Assembly (NCBI RefSeq): GCF_018350175.1
Contig: NC_058373.1
Span: 43,772,001-43,836,000 of the forward strand
From: Felis catus
Lineage: Eukaryota
Length of the DNA: 64,000 nucleotides
Direction of reading: 5' to 3'
Part shown: positions 24,875 through 38,017 of the stretch, piece by piece
How positions within the stretch are numbered: position 1 is the first letter of the stretch
How the letters are laid out: each line of letters begins with the position of its first letter
Program-made: the position numbers and the translations under genes
The notes under the pieces: model-generated
Told to the model about the DNA's origin: nothing
Databases searched by the model: none
Seen by the model: the letters and a program-made list of their open reading frames with translations, nothing else

Positions 24875-26610
24875 TTGCAAACTAGAAGTAGAACAATATG
24901 AAATATAGAAAATGATTCCACTTACAGTAGCATCAAAGATAATCCTTAGAATAAATGTAACCAAGGTAATGTATGTCATGCATACTGAGAATTAAAAAAA
25001 AAAAAAGTTTTGAAACAAATATGTCCCTTGTTGAGGAGTCAAAAGATGTAATATTGTTAAGACAGCAATACTCTCCAAATGGATCTACAGATTGTTTGCA
25101 ATCCCTATCAAATTCCAACTGTTTTTTTCCACAGAAATGGACACACTGATCCTAAAATTTATATGGAAATGCAAGGGATATAGCCAGAATATACTTGAAA
25201 AAGAAGAATAAAGTTGGAAGATTCACACTTCCCAAATCAAAAACTTGTCGTAAAGCTGCAGTAATCAAAACAGGATGATACTGGTTTATAAACATATATA
25301 AACCAATGAAATAGAATTGAGGGTCCAGAAATAAATTTTACTTGTGTGGTCAACTGACTTAGAACAAGGTGCCAAGAGAATTCAGTGAAGAGAAAATAGT
25401 CTTAACAAGTGTTTCTGGGATAACTGGACAGCCAGGTGCAAGGGATGGAGTTGTGGACCTTTAGCTTACACTACATACAAAAAAAATAGTTCAAAATGGA
25501 TCAGAGACTTAAATGTAAGGGATGAAACTATAAAATTCGTAGAAAGGAAGGTAGTTGTGAATCTTAGGGTTTGGGATCAGGCAGTGGTTTCTTAAATATG
25601 ACACCAAAAACACAGGCAACAAAAGAAAAAATTCAGTAAGACTTGATCAGATCAAAATTAACGATGTGCAGCTGAGAATACAACTAAGAAAGTGAAAAGC
25701 AACCCAAAGAATAGGAGAAATTATTTGCAAATTATGTATCTCATAAGGACCTGGCATCCAAAATATATAAGAACTTACACAATCCAACAGTAAAAGACAA
25801 TCAAATCACATGGGCAAAGGATATGAATAGACATTCCTCCAAATAAAATTAACAAATGACCACTGTGAAAAAACACTCAATAGCACTCATTGGGGAAAAT
25901 GCAATTCAAAACCGTGATAAGATACTGGTACACACCCACTAGGTTGTTGAGGCTGCTGCTGAAAACAAATGGAAAATAACAACTGTTAAAGAGGATATGG
26001 AGTAATTGGAACCCTCATACATGGCTGGTGGGGATGTAAAATGGCCTCACCTCTGTGGAAAAATTTGGAAGTACCCCCAAAAGTTAAACACGGAGTTGCC
26101 ATTTGACCCAGTAATTGCACTCCTAGGTATACACGTAAGAGGATTGAAAATGTGTCCACACAAAAACCTGTACATGGATATTCATAGCAGCATTATTTGT
26201 AATAGCGAAGAAGTAGAAACAAATCCAGTGTCCATCAACTAATGATGGATAAACCAAAGGTAGAATATCTATATGATGAAATATTACTCAGCTATGAAAA
26301 GGAATGATCTACGTGCCACAACACGGAAAAACCTTCAAAACACTATGCTCGGAGAAAGAAACCATATACGAAATGTCACATATTACATGATTCCGTTTAT
26401 GCGAAATGTCCAGAAAGTAACGAAGTTGCTGCCAGGGATTGGGACAGTCTCCTAACAGCTATGGGGTTTCTTGGTGGGGTCGTGGAAATGTCCCAGAGTT
26501 AGTCTTGATGGTTGTGCAAAACTGTGAATACTGGAAAACTGCTGAATTGGGCTTTTTTTAAATGCGAATTTTATGTTGTGTGAATGTTTTCTCAAAAAAC
26601 AAGAAAACTT
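24875..26610 (+). mobile_element. L1MB-type fragment, 3' part of ORF2 to 3' end (degenerate)
   Basis: gcaatccctatcaaattcca; ORF2 C-terminal remnants LPFDPVIALLGI and KYYSAMKRN in ORFs 26006-26242 and 26273-26455. Confidence 0.92.
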
Positions 26611-26944
26611 TTCATAGAAGAATATTTTTAAATGAGCGTGAACGAACACTCATTTGGTTTTAACACAGAATTTTATTGTTAAACTGTTTTGTTAGGCTGA
26701 CAACTGACATCTGTTTTTTAAAAAAGGCTACAGAATACTGTTCTTGTTGTATAATCTTAAGACACTAAGTTACATTTACTGTCCCCTCTCCACCTGTACC
26801 TCAAACTAAATATATAGTAATGACTGGGCAAAAATTTCCCTTCTTCATAATAGTGGAAAAGTCATCTTATAATGTGATTACTGATGGTTTTGTAGGTGTT
26901 TTCCCTTCCCTCTAACAAATTTTGAAAATAACTTGGTAGAACCT

Positions 26945-27073
26945 GGCTAGCTATATTATTTATTTTCCACATAGGACCCTTTTGAGCATGAGAGTGGGCA
27001 CTAACCATATAGGATGCTGGCACAGCTGGCATAAGCCAGATTGTTCTGGGCACCCCAGGACATATGGCTACTT
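26945..27073 (+). mobile_element. MER94-like hAT-Blackjack MITE
   Basis: ggacccttttgagcatgagagtgggcacta...gggcaccccaggacatatggctac resembles the recalled MER94 consensus. Confidence 0.6.
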
Positions 27074-29358
27074 GAGCAGAGGTGGCATCAAATTCCAAGC
27101 AGAGACTCATGGCTGGAGACTTAACAAAAAAGTACTTGGGGTAGGTATGAGGATTGCTTCCAAGGTAATAGGTGTGCTGTTGGTGAGCTGTGAGGTTTCC
27201 TCTCTCCTAATCGGGAAGGACTGGCTCGAGTAGAGGCCACTGTAATCCTGGTACACCGGGCCCAGGGTTTCAGTGGAGGCGGGGAAAGGTAGGGGTCTGC
27301 CTTCTAGATGCCTGTGTGGGGTCTCTTCCTGAGATTATTACCTCCTTTCCTGTTCTGCATCTGAATAAGGACTTGGGGATCAGCCTGGGTTGCTGTGCTA
27401 ACATTTACCTGTCCATTTTCAACGGGCTTATGTGAGAGAGAACATGCATGTGGTCAGATCGAATGGCAGAATGGAACTGTGGCTGCATTTGTTGACAGTC
27501 CTGGGCTGTTCAGACTGACCAGCAGAAGGGGTGGGGATCAAAGAATTGGTCTTCACTACCTGCTCTATTCTGATCTGCATTTGCCTGAAGACATCTGGGG
27601 ACCATTTCATTTGATTGCTCATGATTGCAAATGACAAAGCTGACACTCAGCAGTGGTTCAGGTTTTTCTGTTGAACACCTCCCCTTCCTGGAATAGAAAC
27701 TGTTCCCTACCTATTCAGCTTCCATTTTCCCCGGGGGTGGGAATTGGGAGAGAAGGGGAGCTCTTGGAACGAAAGAGATTTGTGGAAGTAGTGGGTGAGA
27801 ATCTGGACAGTCCAAGGCATTAGTCCCACAGGGCTTTTGCTGTGTGGCACGCTCAGGGAGCTGAGGTTTCTGTTGTCCCTCCTGCCCTGCCCTGGCCCAG
27901 CCCATTTACCACTGGCTACAGCTCAGCAGTCTCATTAGTGAAATTGTGATCCTCTGCCTCCCTGGGCTGGGTTGTGGATTAATTGCTTGATGTTCTGAAA
28001 GTACCTTAAAGAAGGAGCGGTTACCTGAGCCCTTCCTGCTGATCTCATCACTCAGGACCAGGCCCTACTTGGAGGTGGGGAGAGAAGGCAGGCGGGTTTC
28101 ATGGCTTCTAAGGCCCCTGCCCCAGAAAACCTTGCAGACTGCCTATCCTCTTAACTGAGTTTGAAGCCGAGATGGGTACATGGGCGTGTGGGTGTGTGTT
28201 TATTAGTGGTGGTGGCTTCAGTGAAGTAAGAGGGGACACATGCCAGACACGTAAGAATCAAGGAATCACGTTAGAGGTGTCAACATTTTCTGTGCCTCGT
28301 TTTGTACCGAGTCTGTTATTTTACATCCATTTGCTCCTGTAATCCTCTGATTCCTCAGATATGTGTGCTGTCATCCCTACTTCCTGGACTAGAGTGAAAG
28401 AGCTCCCAGAATCCAGCGTAGCCTAGGTAGGGAGCAGGTGTCATCAAAGGCAGCCCTGATCCCACACACTCAAAGCAAACACTTCCTGGGTACAATCCAC
28501 GTGTGTATGTCAACGCTCTTCATAATGAGCTGTGAGGGTCAGCTTTTCTTATTGTCTTTTGAGTCTGGAAAACTGGAAATGGAATCCTTCCAAAAGGTCT
28601 TTAAGAACCTGCCTTCAAATCTAAGAAGATGTCCTACTGGTGGCAGGACTTAGAAAGCCTGGGAAGGGACTCGGCAGGCTGGGGCGACTTAGGAACAGGA
28701 ATCCAACGCTTGGTTTGCCTGCTTTCTGTTTGCAGACCTCACTTGTGAACCCTGCCTGTCTTCACACTCTGGGGCGTGATAGATTGGTATTTGCTTAGGT
28801 CTCCTTACTCCCTGCCCAGATGAGTGCAGCAGCTTCCACGGGGCATCCACAGGGACATCTGTCCTCACGTGCCCTGTCCCCTTCCTCCCTCCACTTTCCC
28901 CACAGTGAGCTCCTCACCCCACTTGCTCTTGCTTTTCTGGTTGAATCCCCATGCCCTCCCCCTTGCCAGTCTGGCTGTGGCCCACATTGCTGGCCTGCTC
29001 TCTCCAGGCTCAGTCTTGTTCACCAGGTCCAGCCAGACATGCAAGCCTCTCCCATCCTCTTAAAGTCTAGAACAGCCCCCTTCTCCCTTCCTCACTGGCT
29101 GAGTCCTGGCAAGTCTCAAAATAGCTTCCAGTTGCCCCTCCTTCAGGAAACTGTCTGATACCTTGATCCCCTCACCTCCAGGCTAGGAGCGGAGGTTGTC
29201 CTATAATGAGACCTCGTCCCTGGCATTTAAGTCACAGTGCTGGCACTAATCTGTAGGCTCCATGGAGGCCTTGTTTATGACTTCTCTCTACCCGTTGCCT
29301 TGCACAGAGCCTGGGACAGAGAAGAGGCTTAGTGCATGTGGAATGAATGAGGCCTTTT

Positions 29359-29587
29359 ATTTTTTTTTATTTTATTAAAAAAAAATTTAACGCGTATTTA
29401 TCTTAGGGAGAGACACAACAGGAGCAGGGGAGGGGCAGAGAGAGAGTGAGACACAGAATCTGAAGCAGACTCCATGCTCTGAGCCGTTAGCACAGAACCT
29501 GACATGGGTCTTAAACTCATGAACTGTGAGATCATGATCTGAGCCAGAGTTTTGGATGCTGAACTGACTAAGCCACCCAGGTGCCCC
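29359..29587 (-). mobile_element. Can-SINE inserted into an L2 (TGAA)n tail
   Basis: TSD tggaatgaatgaggcctttt (29339-29358) / tggaatgaatgaagcctttt (29588-29607). Confidence 0.95.
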
Positions 29588-29652
29588 TGGAATGAATGAA
29601 GCCTTTTGGAGGACTGACACCCCAGAGCGTATTTTGCACATATTTTAACTCC

Positions 29653-29661
29653 TTTTTTTTT

Positions 29662-29755
<94 letters not shown>

Positions 29756-29876
29756 AGGCTCCACGCTGTCAGCGCAGAAGAGCCCGATGCAGGGCTTGAT
29801 GTCACAATGGTGAGATCATGACCTGAGCTGCGATGAAGAGTTGGTCGCTTAACCAACTGACCCACCCAGGAGCCCC
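29653..29876 (-). mobile_element. Can-SINE carrying compound (TG)22(AG)17 microsatellite (29669-29746)
   Basis: Antisense SINEC head. TSD cacatattttaactc (29637-29651) / cacatattttgactc (29878-29892). Confidence 0.93.
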
Positions 29877-31451
29877 TCACATATTTTGACTCTTAAGGGT
29901 GTTGGTAACTCAGGAGCCTCAAAAGTAAAGCACAGAGTGAATAAAATCCTCGCCACCCGAGAAGGTGGCAGTATTTTCCTTAGGGCAGAGAGCTCTGTGC
30001 CAGAATCACCTGGTGACTGTAAAGGAAAGAGATGATGAGGCAGAGATTTTCCTCAATTTACAGACAAGGAACTGCAGAGGTGAAGCGCCTTGATGAAGAT
30101 GAGCTGGCCAAGGGTGCCCGTGAGGAGCGTTGCTTTGGGGTTCGGTATAGTCTCTCTACTTCCACACCTCCCTTAATCGCAGCCTGGAAGGATATGAAAG
30201 AACCCAAGCCCATTATAGGATTCAGGAGGTGACTAATGGCAAGTCCATGCTTACTTTCATGGGCCGGCTCTGTGGGGGCCAGGGTGGAGGCCAGGGCATT
30301 GGTCCTTCCACGTCGTGTAGACTTTCTCCAAAAGGGTCTTCATCTGGGTTAAGTCACTCCCAGGATTCAAGGAGCAGCGTGTCAACTAGATGAAATCAAT
30401 TAAAAGAAGTTGGAAATGCAGTGTCCTGTATGGAATGCTAAAAATAAGTCCCCGTGTACGGTGACCCTTCTCGGCCCATTGCTGATAGGGATTCCATGCA
30501 GAAGGGTCTCCTGGGGCAGTCCTGCCACAGCCTCCCATCTCCAACGCATAGTTAGAGAAGGAAGAGATTGCTGGAAGCCGAACTGAGCTGTTGGCGGTTC
30601 CCAGACCCTCGGAGCCAAGGTGACTTTTGTCTTTGTTCTTCTTGAGGCCCCGGCCTGACAACATCACCTCCTCCCTGGGCCTGGCTACAAGGGTCTTGAG
30701 GGCAACTTCTGTTGTAAGCGGAATAATGTTAACAGCTGGGACGTGCCAGTCTGTCAGAGGTCACTGCTGTTACAAGTTTCAGAGTGAACATTTTTAGTAG
30801 AAGGTGAGACAGGAGAACTGCAGGCTACGCTTTGAGGCCGCAGACTTGAAAAATCAGAGTGTTTTCAGAGCAGCAGGCTAAGGCTGCCCAGCCACCCTGT
30901 CTGTCCCTTACCAGCCCTGTAAGTTCAGACAGAGCCCATTCTAAGTAAAATTGGGCAAGTGGCAGGGGAAAGTCCCTGGACCCTGAAACAGGAGACAGAA
31001 GCTTTAAATCCTGCTTTTCTACCACTGAGCTGTGTCACTTTAGGCAAGTGACTTAACCTCTCTGGTTTGCACCGTGTTGTGTGGACCGGGGTTCTCCTAG
31101 ATTCTGTTTGGACGTTCTGTGAACCTGTGATTTGAGAATTTTCTTGTAGTTGGTCATCTTCCACGTTCCTCTGCATGACCCTGCCCACCTCCTTTTTGAT
31201 GTCCCCGCCCTCTGAGACACACAGGGCTTTAATTTGTGTCCTCCCATGCCCAGCTGCCAAAGTGCTTCTCTTTTCATTCTAATCCCAGATTTCCCATGAG
31301 TCATGGGACGATTTAGCAAAGCTCTCTGTTTTTGATGCTTCTTCATCAATTAAAGCAGGTCCTCATCTATTATTTGAAGAGAGATGGGGATAATTGAGTG
31401 AATGCTGGTCAGCTCTGTTGGAGAGTCCTCAGGTCAGAGGATCACAAGACT

Positions 31452-31675
31452 AACAGCAACACCTATTATGAGAATTCACTCTGTGCCCGGCCCTGTGCCG
31501 AGGGATTGACATGGTTTACTGCATTTAAATCTCCCAAAAAAACTCCTACAAGGTAAATAATAATATTATTCTCATTTTATAGGTGAGGAAACTGAGTTTA
31601 GAGAGGTTAACTAATTTTGCTGGAGTCACACAGCCAGTAAGTATTGGAGCAATGTTGGAATCCATACTCAACACT
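31452..31675 (-). mobile_element. MIR, near full length
   Basis: cattttataggtgaggaaactgag...agagaggttaactaattttgc...gtcacacagccagtaagt is the antisense MIR core. Confidence 0.9.
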
Positions 31676-31746
31676 GTGAGGCCATTTGTTTCCCCAAAGA
31701 CTAACTAGCGAAATGCTTGACTTTGATTTTAAAGTAGCGAAACTAA

Positions 31747-31748
<2 letters not shown>

Positions 31749-31780
<32 letters not shown>

Positions 31781-31910
31781 CCAGAATCCTAACAAACAGG
31801 AGAATTTATGCATGTGAATGAGTTCCAGAGTTCAACGCCATCACCTTATAAGGTTGGTTTATGCACTTGTTCCAACAACATTACACATGTGTGTTGGGGT
31901 TCCTCATGAG

Positions 31911-31958
<48 letters not shown>
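31749..31958. repeat. Two (AC)n microsatellites: (AC)15 at 31749-31778 and (AC)23 at 31913-31958
   Basis: Read directly. Confidence 0.97.
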
Positions 31959-31967
<9 letters not shown>

Positions 31968-32164
31968 AGGTCATAGCTACAGTCTACGTTTGATTCTGTT
32001 ATTGTCGTCTTTCTTTACCTTCCAGTGGCATCATTCCTTGAGCTAATGTAACTTTTCACCAGTTTGGGCTCCAACGGCCTTTGGCTCTTTGCAAGATGCA
32101 AATCCAATCTACCCTTGAAAGATTTGCCACCATTCAACCAGTCTGACTGGAGGTTTTCCCACCA

Positions 32165-32399
32165 TTCCGGTGGCTCACAAAGTGTTTTAGCAGTGGAACC
32201 ATTTTTGTTTCTGGTGGTCTCTTTTAGAGAAGATTCCAATGTGTAAGGCAGATAAAAGTAGAGTCTGTGTTTGAAGCATAAATTAAGGCATGACCCCCAT
32301 CCATTCTTCTTAACTGCCCTCCTTGTTCTCCTCCTTGGCCTAGAATGGTACCACCAAGGAAGCTTCAAGTTCCATGGGACCCAGTTTGAAAACCACTGC
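32165..32399. mobile_element. MER103C-like hAT-Charlie remnant
   Basis: ttttagcagtggaacc...cagataaaagtagag...cagtttgaaaaccactg terminus. Confidence 0.6.
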
Positions 32400-33232
32400 C
32401 CTCACCCAGGCTTCCCAGTGATGGGTGGGGCAGTGTCAGAGCCCCTTGCCCTCTCACAGGTTGGGGGTGAGCAACTCCTGTCCATGAACTGAAGGAATAT
32501 ATTTGTGTCTCCTTCAAGTTCTTACCAGCTGCAGGGTAGGTGAACATGACTCTTGGATGAACACTGCTTGTTAAAGGCCTTGGGGTCTTTAATCCACCAC
32601 TCATATTTGTGGAAGAGCCGTAAGAGGTTTGCAGAATGCTTTAAGGAGGAAAGAAGAAGGAGCTTGGCAGCTATAAATAGAAAGGCTAGTTTTGAGGTCA
32701 AGAATGGTGGAAGAGGAGACAAAAAAATTAAGGATTGCAATGGAATGAGGAAAAGCATCACAAAGATGTTAAGAAAAAGCGTGAAGAGTGGGGATTTCCA
32801 GAAGAAAGTGAAAAGCACAATGCATCTGAATCCCCGGCTGAATGTTGGATGTCAGCTGCGTTCTCTGATGTGTCCAGCCTCCCACTGCAGTTAGGGGCAC
32901 GCAAAACCAGGAGGGATACCTCCTCCGCGTCAGGTCCTGGGGCTACCAGCGAGGATCCCTCTCTTAACGAGCTCACTGCCAAGTAGGGGACTTCCTCAAA
33001 AACTCTGAATCCACGAGGACATCTGGAAAAGCAGTAAGGGAGATAAAATTGGAGAAGTTACGGGAGATCAGAGGAGGAGCTTCTGTGAAAATACCTGAGC
33101 CAGAGTGAGGTTCCTCTAATGCATGATGTTCTTTTCAATCCTTCAGTGTGAACTTTGGGTGAAACTTTAGATTCTTCAAATTGTATCTTATCAAACTTAT
33201 TTGGACTCCTTTATCCTAACTTTGCTCTTCTC

Positions 33233-33257
33233 AAAAAAAAAAAAAAAAAAAAAAAAA
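33233..33257. repeat. Poly(A)25 tract
   Basis: Read directly. No SINE body upstream. Confidence 0.95.
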
Positions 33258-34111
33258 GAAGAAGGAGGAGTAGGAGGAGAAGAAATAATTGTCTGTTTCT
33301 ACCCTCAGAGGAGGTATAAAGTCATAACTGTGTTTTTTCCAGCATGAGTCAGTTGGACCCTTGCTTTAAGTCGTGATTGCATGTGGCTCAGGAATTTTTC
33401 TGTTCTCCTGTCTGAATTTCAGTGGAGCATAGCAAGGCCTTCCCATTTTTGCTTAATTGCTTTCAAGTTGCTTTCCCTTAAAAGTATTGTCTAGTACCTC
33501 AAACCTCCAATTTTTTGGAGGTCAAAAAATCTCTGACCATCAAGGGGGAAAACAAAAAGACCTCAATTAGTTTGGAGGACCCCAGCCAATTTCCAATGAT
33601 CTGGGAGAAGACTTAGTTGCCATATGAGTATAATAAAACCAAGGGGGAGTATGAAGGGTTGTTGGATCTCATCCTGTGATTTACTCATTTTCCTGGTAGC
33701 CCAATACTGCGAAACAGGTTCCAAACCAAGCTCCTGTTTCTTTTGTGAACAAGCCCCTTTACAGGCGGAGTTTGCAACAACTTCTAACATAGGCCAGCAG
33801 TGGGCAGCACCTTCACTCTTGCCTTTGGACTTGAAACAATGCTGCGTTTCGTTCTCTATTTCCAGGGCCTAGGACAGTGACTTGCGCGTATTGTGTGTGT
33901 GGGACTGAACCGGTTATGACAAAGGCAGAGAAGGGGAAAGGTGCAAGGTATGTTTGTAGACACGAAAAATAGCTGACACTTGGTAAGCATTTACTGAGAG
34001 CCAGTTCCATGCTAAGTACTTTGCTTTCTTCTCTTTTGACCTTCAGCAGACCTCCAGGAGGTAGAACTATTAGTATCCATTTCACAGTCGGGAAACAGAT
34101 CACATAAGCCA

Positions 34112-34498
34112 TGTCTTCGTTTGTGAGGACCACCATAAAAGAAACCACAGACTGGATCACTTAACACAAATTTATTTCTCCTAGTTTTGAAGATTGGGAA
34201 GTCCACGATCAAGGTGCCAGCAGGGTGGATTTTATTCTTTTCCTTTTGGCTTGTAGACAGACGGTGACCATCTTGATTTGTGTTCCCATGATTTCTTCTT
34301 TGTGCATGCTCACTGGGGAGGGAGAGAGGTCTGGTGTCTCTTCTTGACAGGACACCATCCTCTAGTATCAGGGCCCCCCTTTGGGACTATGTTTAATTTT
34401 ACTTTCTTGGAAGCCCCCTCTGTAAACAGCCACATTGGGGTTAGGGCCTCAGTATACAAATTTTGGGTGAGAGGGACACAAACATTCAGTCCATAATA
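34112..34498 (-). mobile_element. MLT1A-like ERVL-MaLR solo LTR inserted in a MIR (~33975-34580)
   Basis: tgtcttcgtttg...gggaagtccacgatcaaggtgccagcaggg...gggacacaaacattcagtccataa. MIR sequence resumes on both sides. Confidence 0.88.
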
Positions 34499-34857
34499 AG
34501 TAACCAGCTCAAGTTTACATGACTAAGAAGCATCTGGAACAGGAACTTGAACCCCTTTACCCTGAAACCCATGCTTTCCACTGTGAGGCATCGTTTCCAT
34601 GACGGGTGGAGTTACAGCCTAGTGTATGTGGAGGGAAAGGACTCTGATGTTGGAGATGATAATGGTGAGGTAGTCTGGAACCCTAAAAATGGAGTCTCTT
34701 GCCACACCATCTGCATCTTGCCTGCTCCCCCCCCCCCCATACTGAAAACCTTGCAGTTCCCTGAGGCTTCTCTGCTCCTTGACCTGCTGAGTATGGTGCT
34801 TTGCTCTGTGTTACTGTAGTAGCCCTAACCTCACCTGCACATTAGAACCATCTGGGA

Positions 34858-35056
34858 GGGGCGCGTGGATGGCTTAGTTAAGCGTCCAACTCTTGATTTC
34901 AGCTCAGGGCCTGATTCCACAGTTTGAGCCCCACGTCGGGCCCTGTGCTGACAGTGCAGAGCCTGCTTGGGATTTGCTCTCTCCCTCTTCCTCTGCCCCT
35001 GCTTGCACATGTGTGCTCTGTTTCTCTCCAAGTAAATAAATAAACTCAAAAAAAAA
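34858..35056 (+). mobile_element. Can-SINE (older tcttgatttcagctcagg type)
   Basis: Head ggggcgcgtggatggcttag. TSD aaccatctggga / aatcacctggga. Confidence 0.93.
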
Positions 35057-35084
35057 AATCACCTGGGAAACTTGAGGAAAATCA

Positions 35085-35870
35085 AGAGTCAGAGCCGAAG
35101 TACAGGGCTCCCTTGAGCCTCAAACAAATCATGATAATGACAGATAATAACGTGAACAAAATAGAATAGTATGAGTTCATACTGATAAATTACCTAATGA
35201 ATCGATTGAAAGTTTGATTATAAACAGGATACTTATATAATTTCAAAGCACCTCTCCAAACAGGACTGATCAAATAGAGGAACATGAGTGAATTTACAGT
35301 AGAGAATCTGCCAGTCACCACCTTAATCAAGTGACCAAAGTGAACATCATCGGTATTGGGACAAATAGAGACCAGGTGCCATTTCACAGGTGGCAATGAG
35401 AAGGCACCAGGCACTGCCGTGATAGCCCTATCAGGGAGGTATAACCTGAATCTCATCATGAGAAAGCATCAGACCAACCAGACCTGAGCAGCATTTCCAC
35501 AATCTTCAAAAGTGTCAACATCATGAAAGCTAAGGAAACAATGAGGAACTTTCCAGGATCATGGCAACTAAAGAGAGAGAGAGTGAAAGGTGACAGGTAA
35601 TTATGAATTCCGGAGCCTTTTACTATAAAAAAAAGAAAATTAGCATTTGCCAGAACTTGATCATGACATATCAGTGTGGATTTCCTGATGTTAATGGTCA
35701 CATGGCAATTATGTTGGAGAAGGTTCTCATTTGGAAGAAAATACTCACTGCAAAGAAGGGAGTAATTGGACACCAAATCAAATAACTTCCAAAATGGTGC
35801 AATTAAAAAAAAAAGTTACTTATAGTGTAATTTTTCTTTAAGTTTGAAATTCTTAAAATGCAAACACACA
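35085..35870 (+). mobile_element. L1MC-type 3' end fragment
   Basis: caccaccttaatcaagtgaccaaagtgaacatca...aacctgaatctcatcatgagaaagcatcagac. Confidence 0.85.
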
Positions 35871-35990
35871 AAATCCCTGATGTCCAGTTTGCATACCAAA
35901 CCAATTAAAACAGAATCTCCAGGGAGGAGATCCAGGGTTCAGCTGCTTTTGAAATTCCCAGGTGAATCCAGTGTGAGCCTGAGCTGAGAT

Positions 35991-36150
35991 GCTCAAAATA
36001 TAGTCCCAGAACCAGTGGAGTGAGAATCAGTGGGGTATGTGTTAGCACAGATTGTCTGGTCCTACTCCAGACCTCTTGAATCAGAAAATCTGAGGGCAGG
36101 GCCCAGAAATCTGTATTTTAACAAGCCCATCCAGCTAGTTTGGGTTCATA
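35991..36150. mobile_element. MER5A-like element
   Basis: cctactccagacctcttgaatcagaaaatctgagggcagggcccagaaatctgtattttaacaagccc. Confidence 0.8.
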
Positions 36151-38017
36151 CTTCAGGACCATTCACCTGGAACCTTCCTCATTCTTCGGTCCGGATTTGC
36201 TCCCAATTACCATTCCAGAGTCAGTTCAGACCCTCTTCAGATACCATTTCTGGGGCTATCTCACTATCTTAGTGTAGCCTCAGGGTTTAGAAATGATCTG
36301 TTTACACGCTGGTCACCGCCACTAGAGCTGGTCCAAGCGCTGTTTACCCAGTCCGTGGCACAGAGTGGACACCAGTGCATGCCTGTTTAATTGATGCTTA
36401 GCAGATGATTGGAGGGACATTCAATGGTGTCCCCTGTGTCACATTTGCTTCCATTTGCATGCCCTTTGGAGACACGCAGTGATGTGTCTAACGTTGTTCT
36501 GTGATGGGAATCGGATAAGGGGGCTCCGTGGAGGCAGGGAAGATGACAAGCATTTGAAACCACATTCAGAAGCACCCCCACCCTTAGGGGAGCTGGTTCC
36601 GAAGCCTTTTACTAAAAGGTGCCTGCGAACTGCTGGGCTCTCTAATTAAACCAGATGGACTGGATGATAGCTGATTAGATTCCTGACGTACTGATCCTCC
36701 TTCTATTTACTCACATAAATTCGTTGATGAGCCAGAAACCATCTCATTCAGGAAAAGCACCTCGCTGAATATTTTTAGAAAATTAAACTTTTATGGATGA
36801 CCCAGTCTGTGAGCAGCTAAAATGCCAAAGTCTGTTTCCTATGGCACTCAGATGGTTGAGCTTTCAGCAGGGGAACCGTGAACAAGTTTGCTTCTGCAAA
36901 TGTATGCCAAAGCAACAGCAACAACAAATTACAGGCCCATCAGTCATTTTGGATGCAGAGAGCAGCACGTCACAGTGATCGACACAACCAGGGACTCGGG
37001 CACTTCTTCGCTGGAGCTGCCTCTCACTCCTCTAGTTCCATTTGGTGGCGTCACATTTGTTGGTGCTGACTCCCGAGGCACTCGGCTGTCTTGATTGGTA
37101 AGATTTCAGAGTGGGGATGATGAAGTAGAGGCTGAAAGGAACACACAGTGCATTAAGACATTCGTTGACAAACACATACATATAAATCCACCTACATCTG
37201 TCTGTGCATAAATACATATGCATATGCGTATCGATAATTATGTCACACTCTTTGAAAAAAATACTGATTAGAATCCATATCTACGCCCTGTAGAAGATAG
37301 GTAGGTGGCCCAGATTGGACCCCAGGAAAATTGTTCTGTGAACTGCATTGCTTTAGGACTCTTCCAAGACCGTTCTGCTGAGATGACAGAAGAGTGAGTA
37401 GAATATTCTAAAGGTATGGCATGGAATGCATGGCCCTGAAGAACATCCTTGCACTCGAGAGAGGACAAATGTCAGGCCCAAGTAAGTGCTCACACTGGGT
37501 TTGACCCGTGAAAATTGGTGCTGGTCTGGACTGACTTCCTCAGCTGAACCTGTATAATCAGAATTCTGTTCAATCACACGCAAAGAGTATTTTTGACTGC
37601 CTGATGGATTGCTAGCGGGTGTTTACTTCAATGGCTGATGCAACATATTTAGAACATATCAGGTTTACTGAAAATATAGAAGCATTCCCTTCTGGAGTCA
37701 AAGCCAAGATCAGATTGTTCTCTAAAGGCATGGCAGGTCTCTGGAAGGTCAGAGGGAAATAATCCCAATGTGTAACTTTCTGCTCATTTATTCACTCAGC
37801 TAGTTATTTAATACATTTCTACCTGTGCCAGATACTATTCTAAGAGTAAACAGTGGTTGGTGAGACAGACACAATCTCTTCTTTTATGGAACTTACAATG
37901 TGTATGTGTTAACCAACCATTAAATTTAGTGAAAATAGAAATGAACAGCATTGGTAGAACTTGCAAACTAGTTGGAAGGTAAGACTCATCTTCCAGAAAG
38001 CCATCTCTGTAGAATAC

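Larger units (their letters stand above)
34817..35990 (+). mobile_element. MER5B-like hAT element split into three pieces by a Can-SINE and an L1MC fragment
   Basis: ctgcacattagaaccatctggga [SINE] aatcacctgggaaactt [L1] ccaattaaaacagaatct...cccaggtgaatccagtgtg. Confidence 0.7.

Noticed and set aside
29955-29975. CTCF site (cgagaaggtggcagta)
   Set aside because: Mismatch at a core C position; too weak without ChIP data.
30386-30667. Possible processed pseudogene
   Set aside because: No poly(A) or TSD and no recognisable protein in any listed frame.
32553-32986. Lys/Arg-rich ORFs
   Set aside because: Explained by purine-rich composition; no known family or splice structure.
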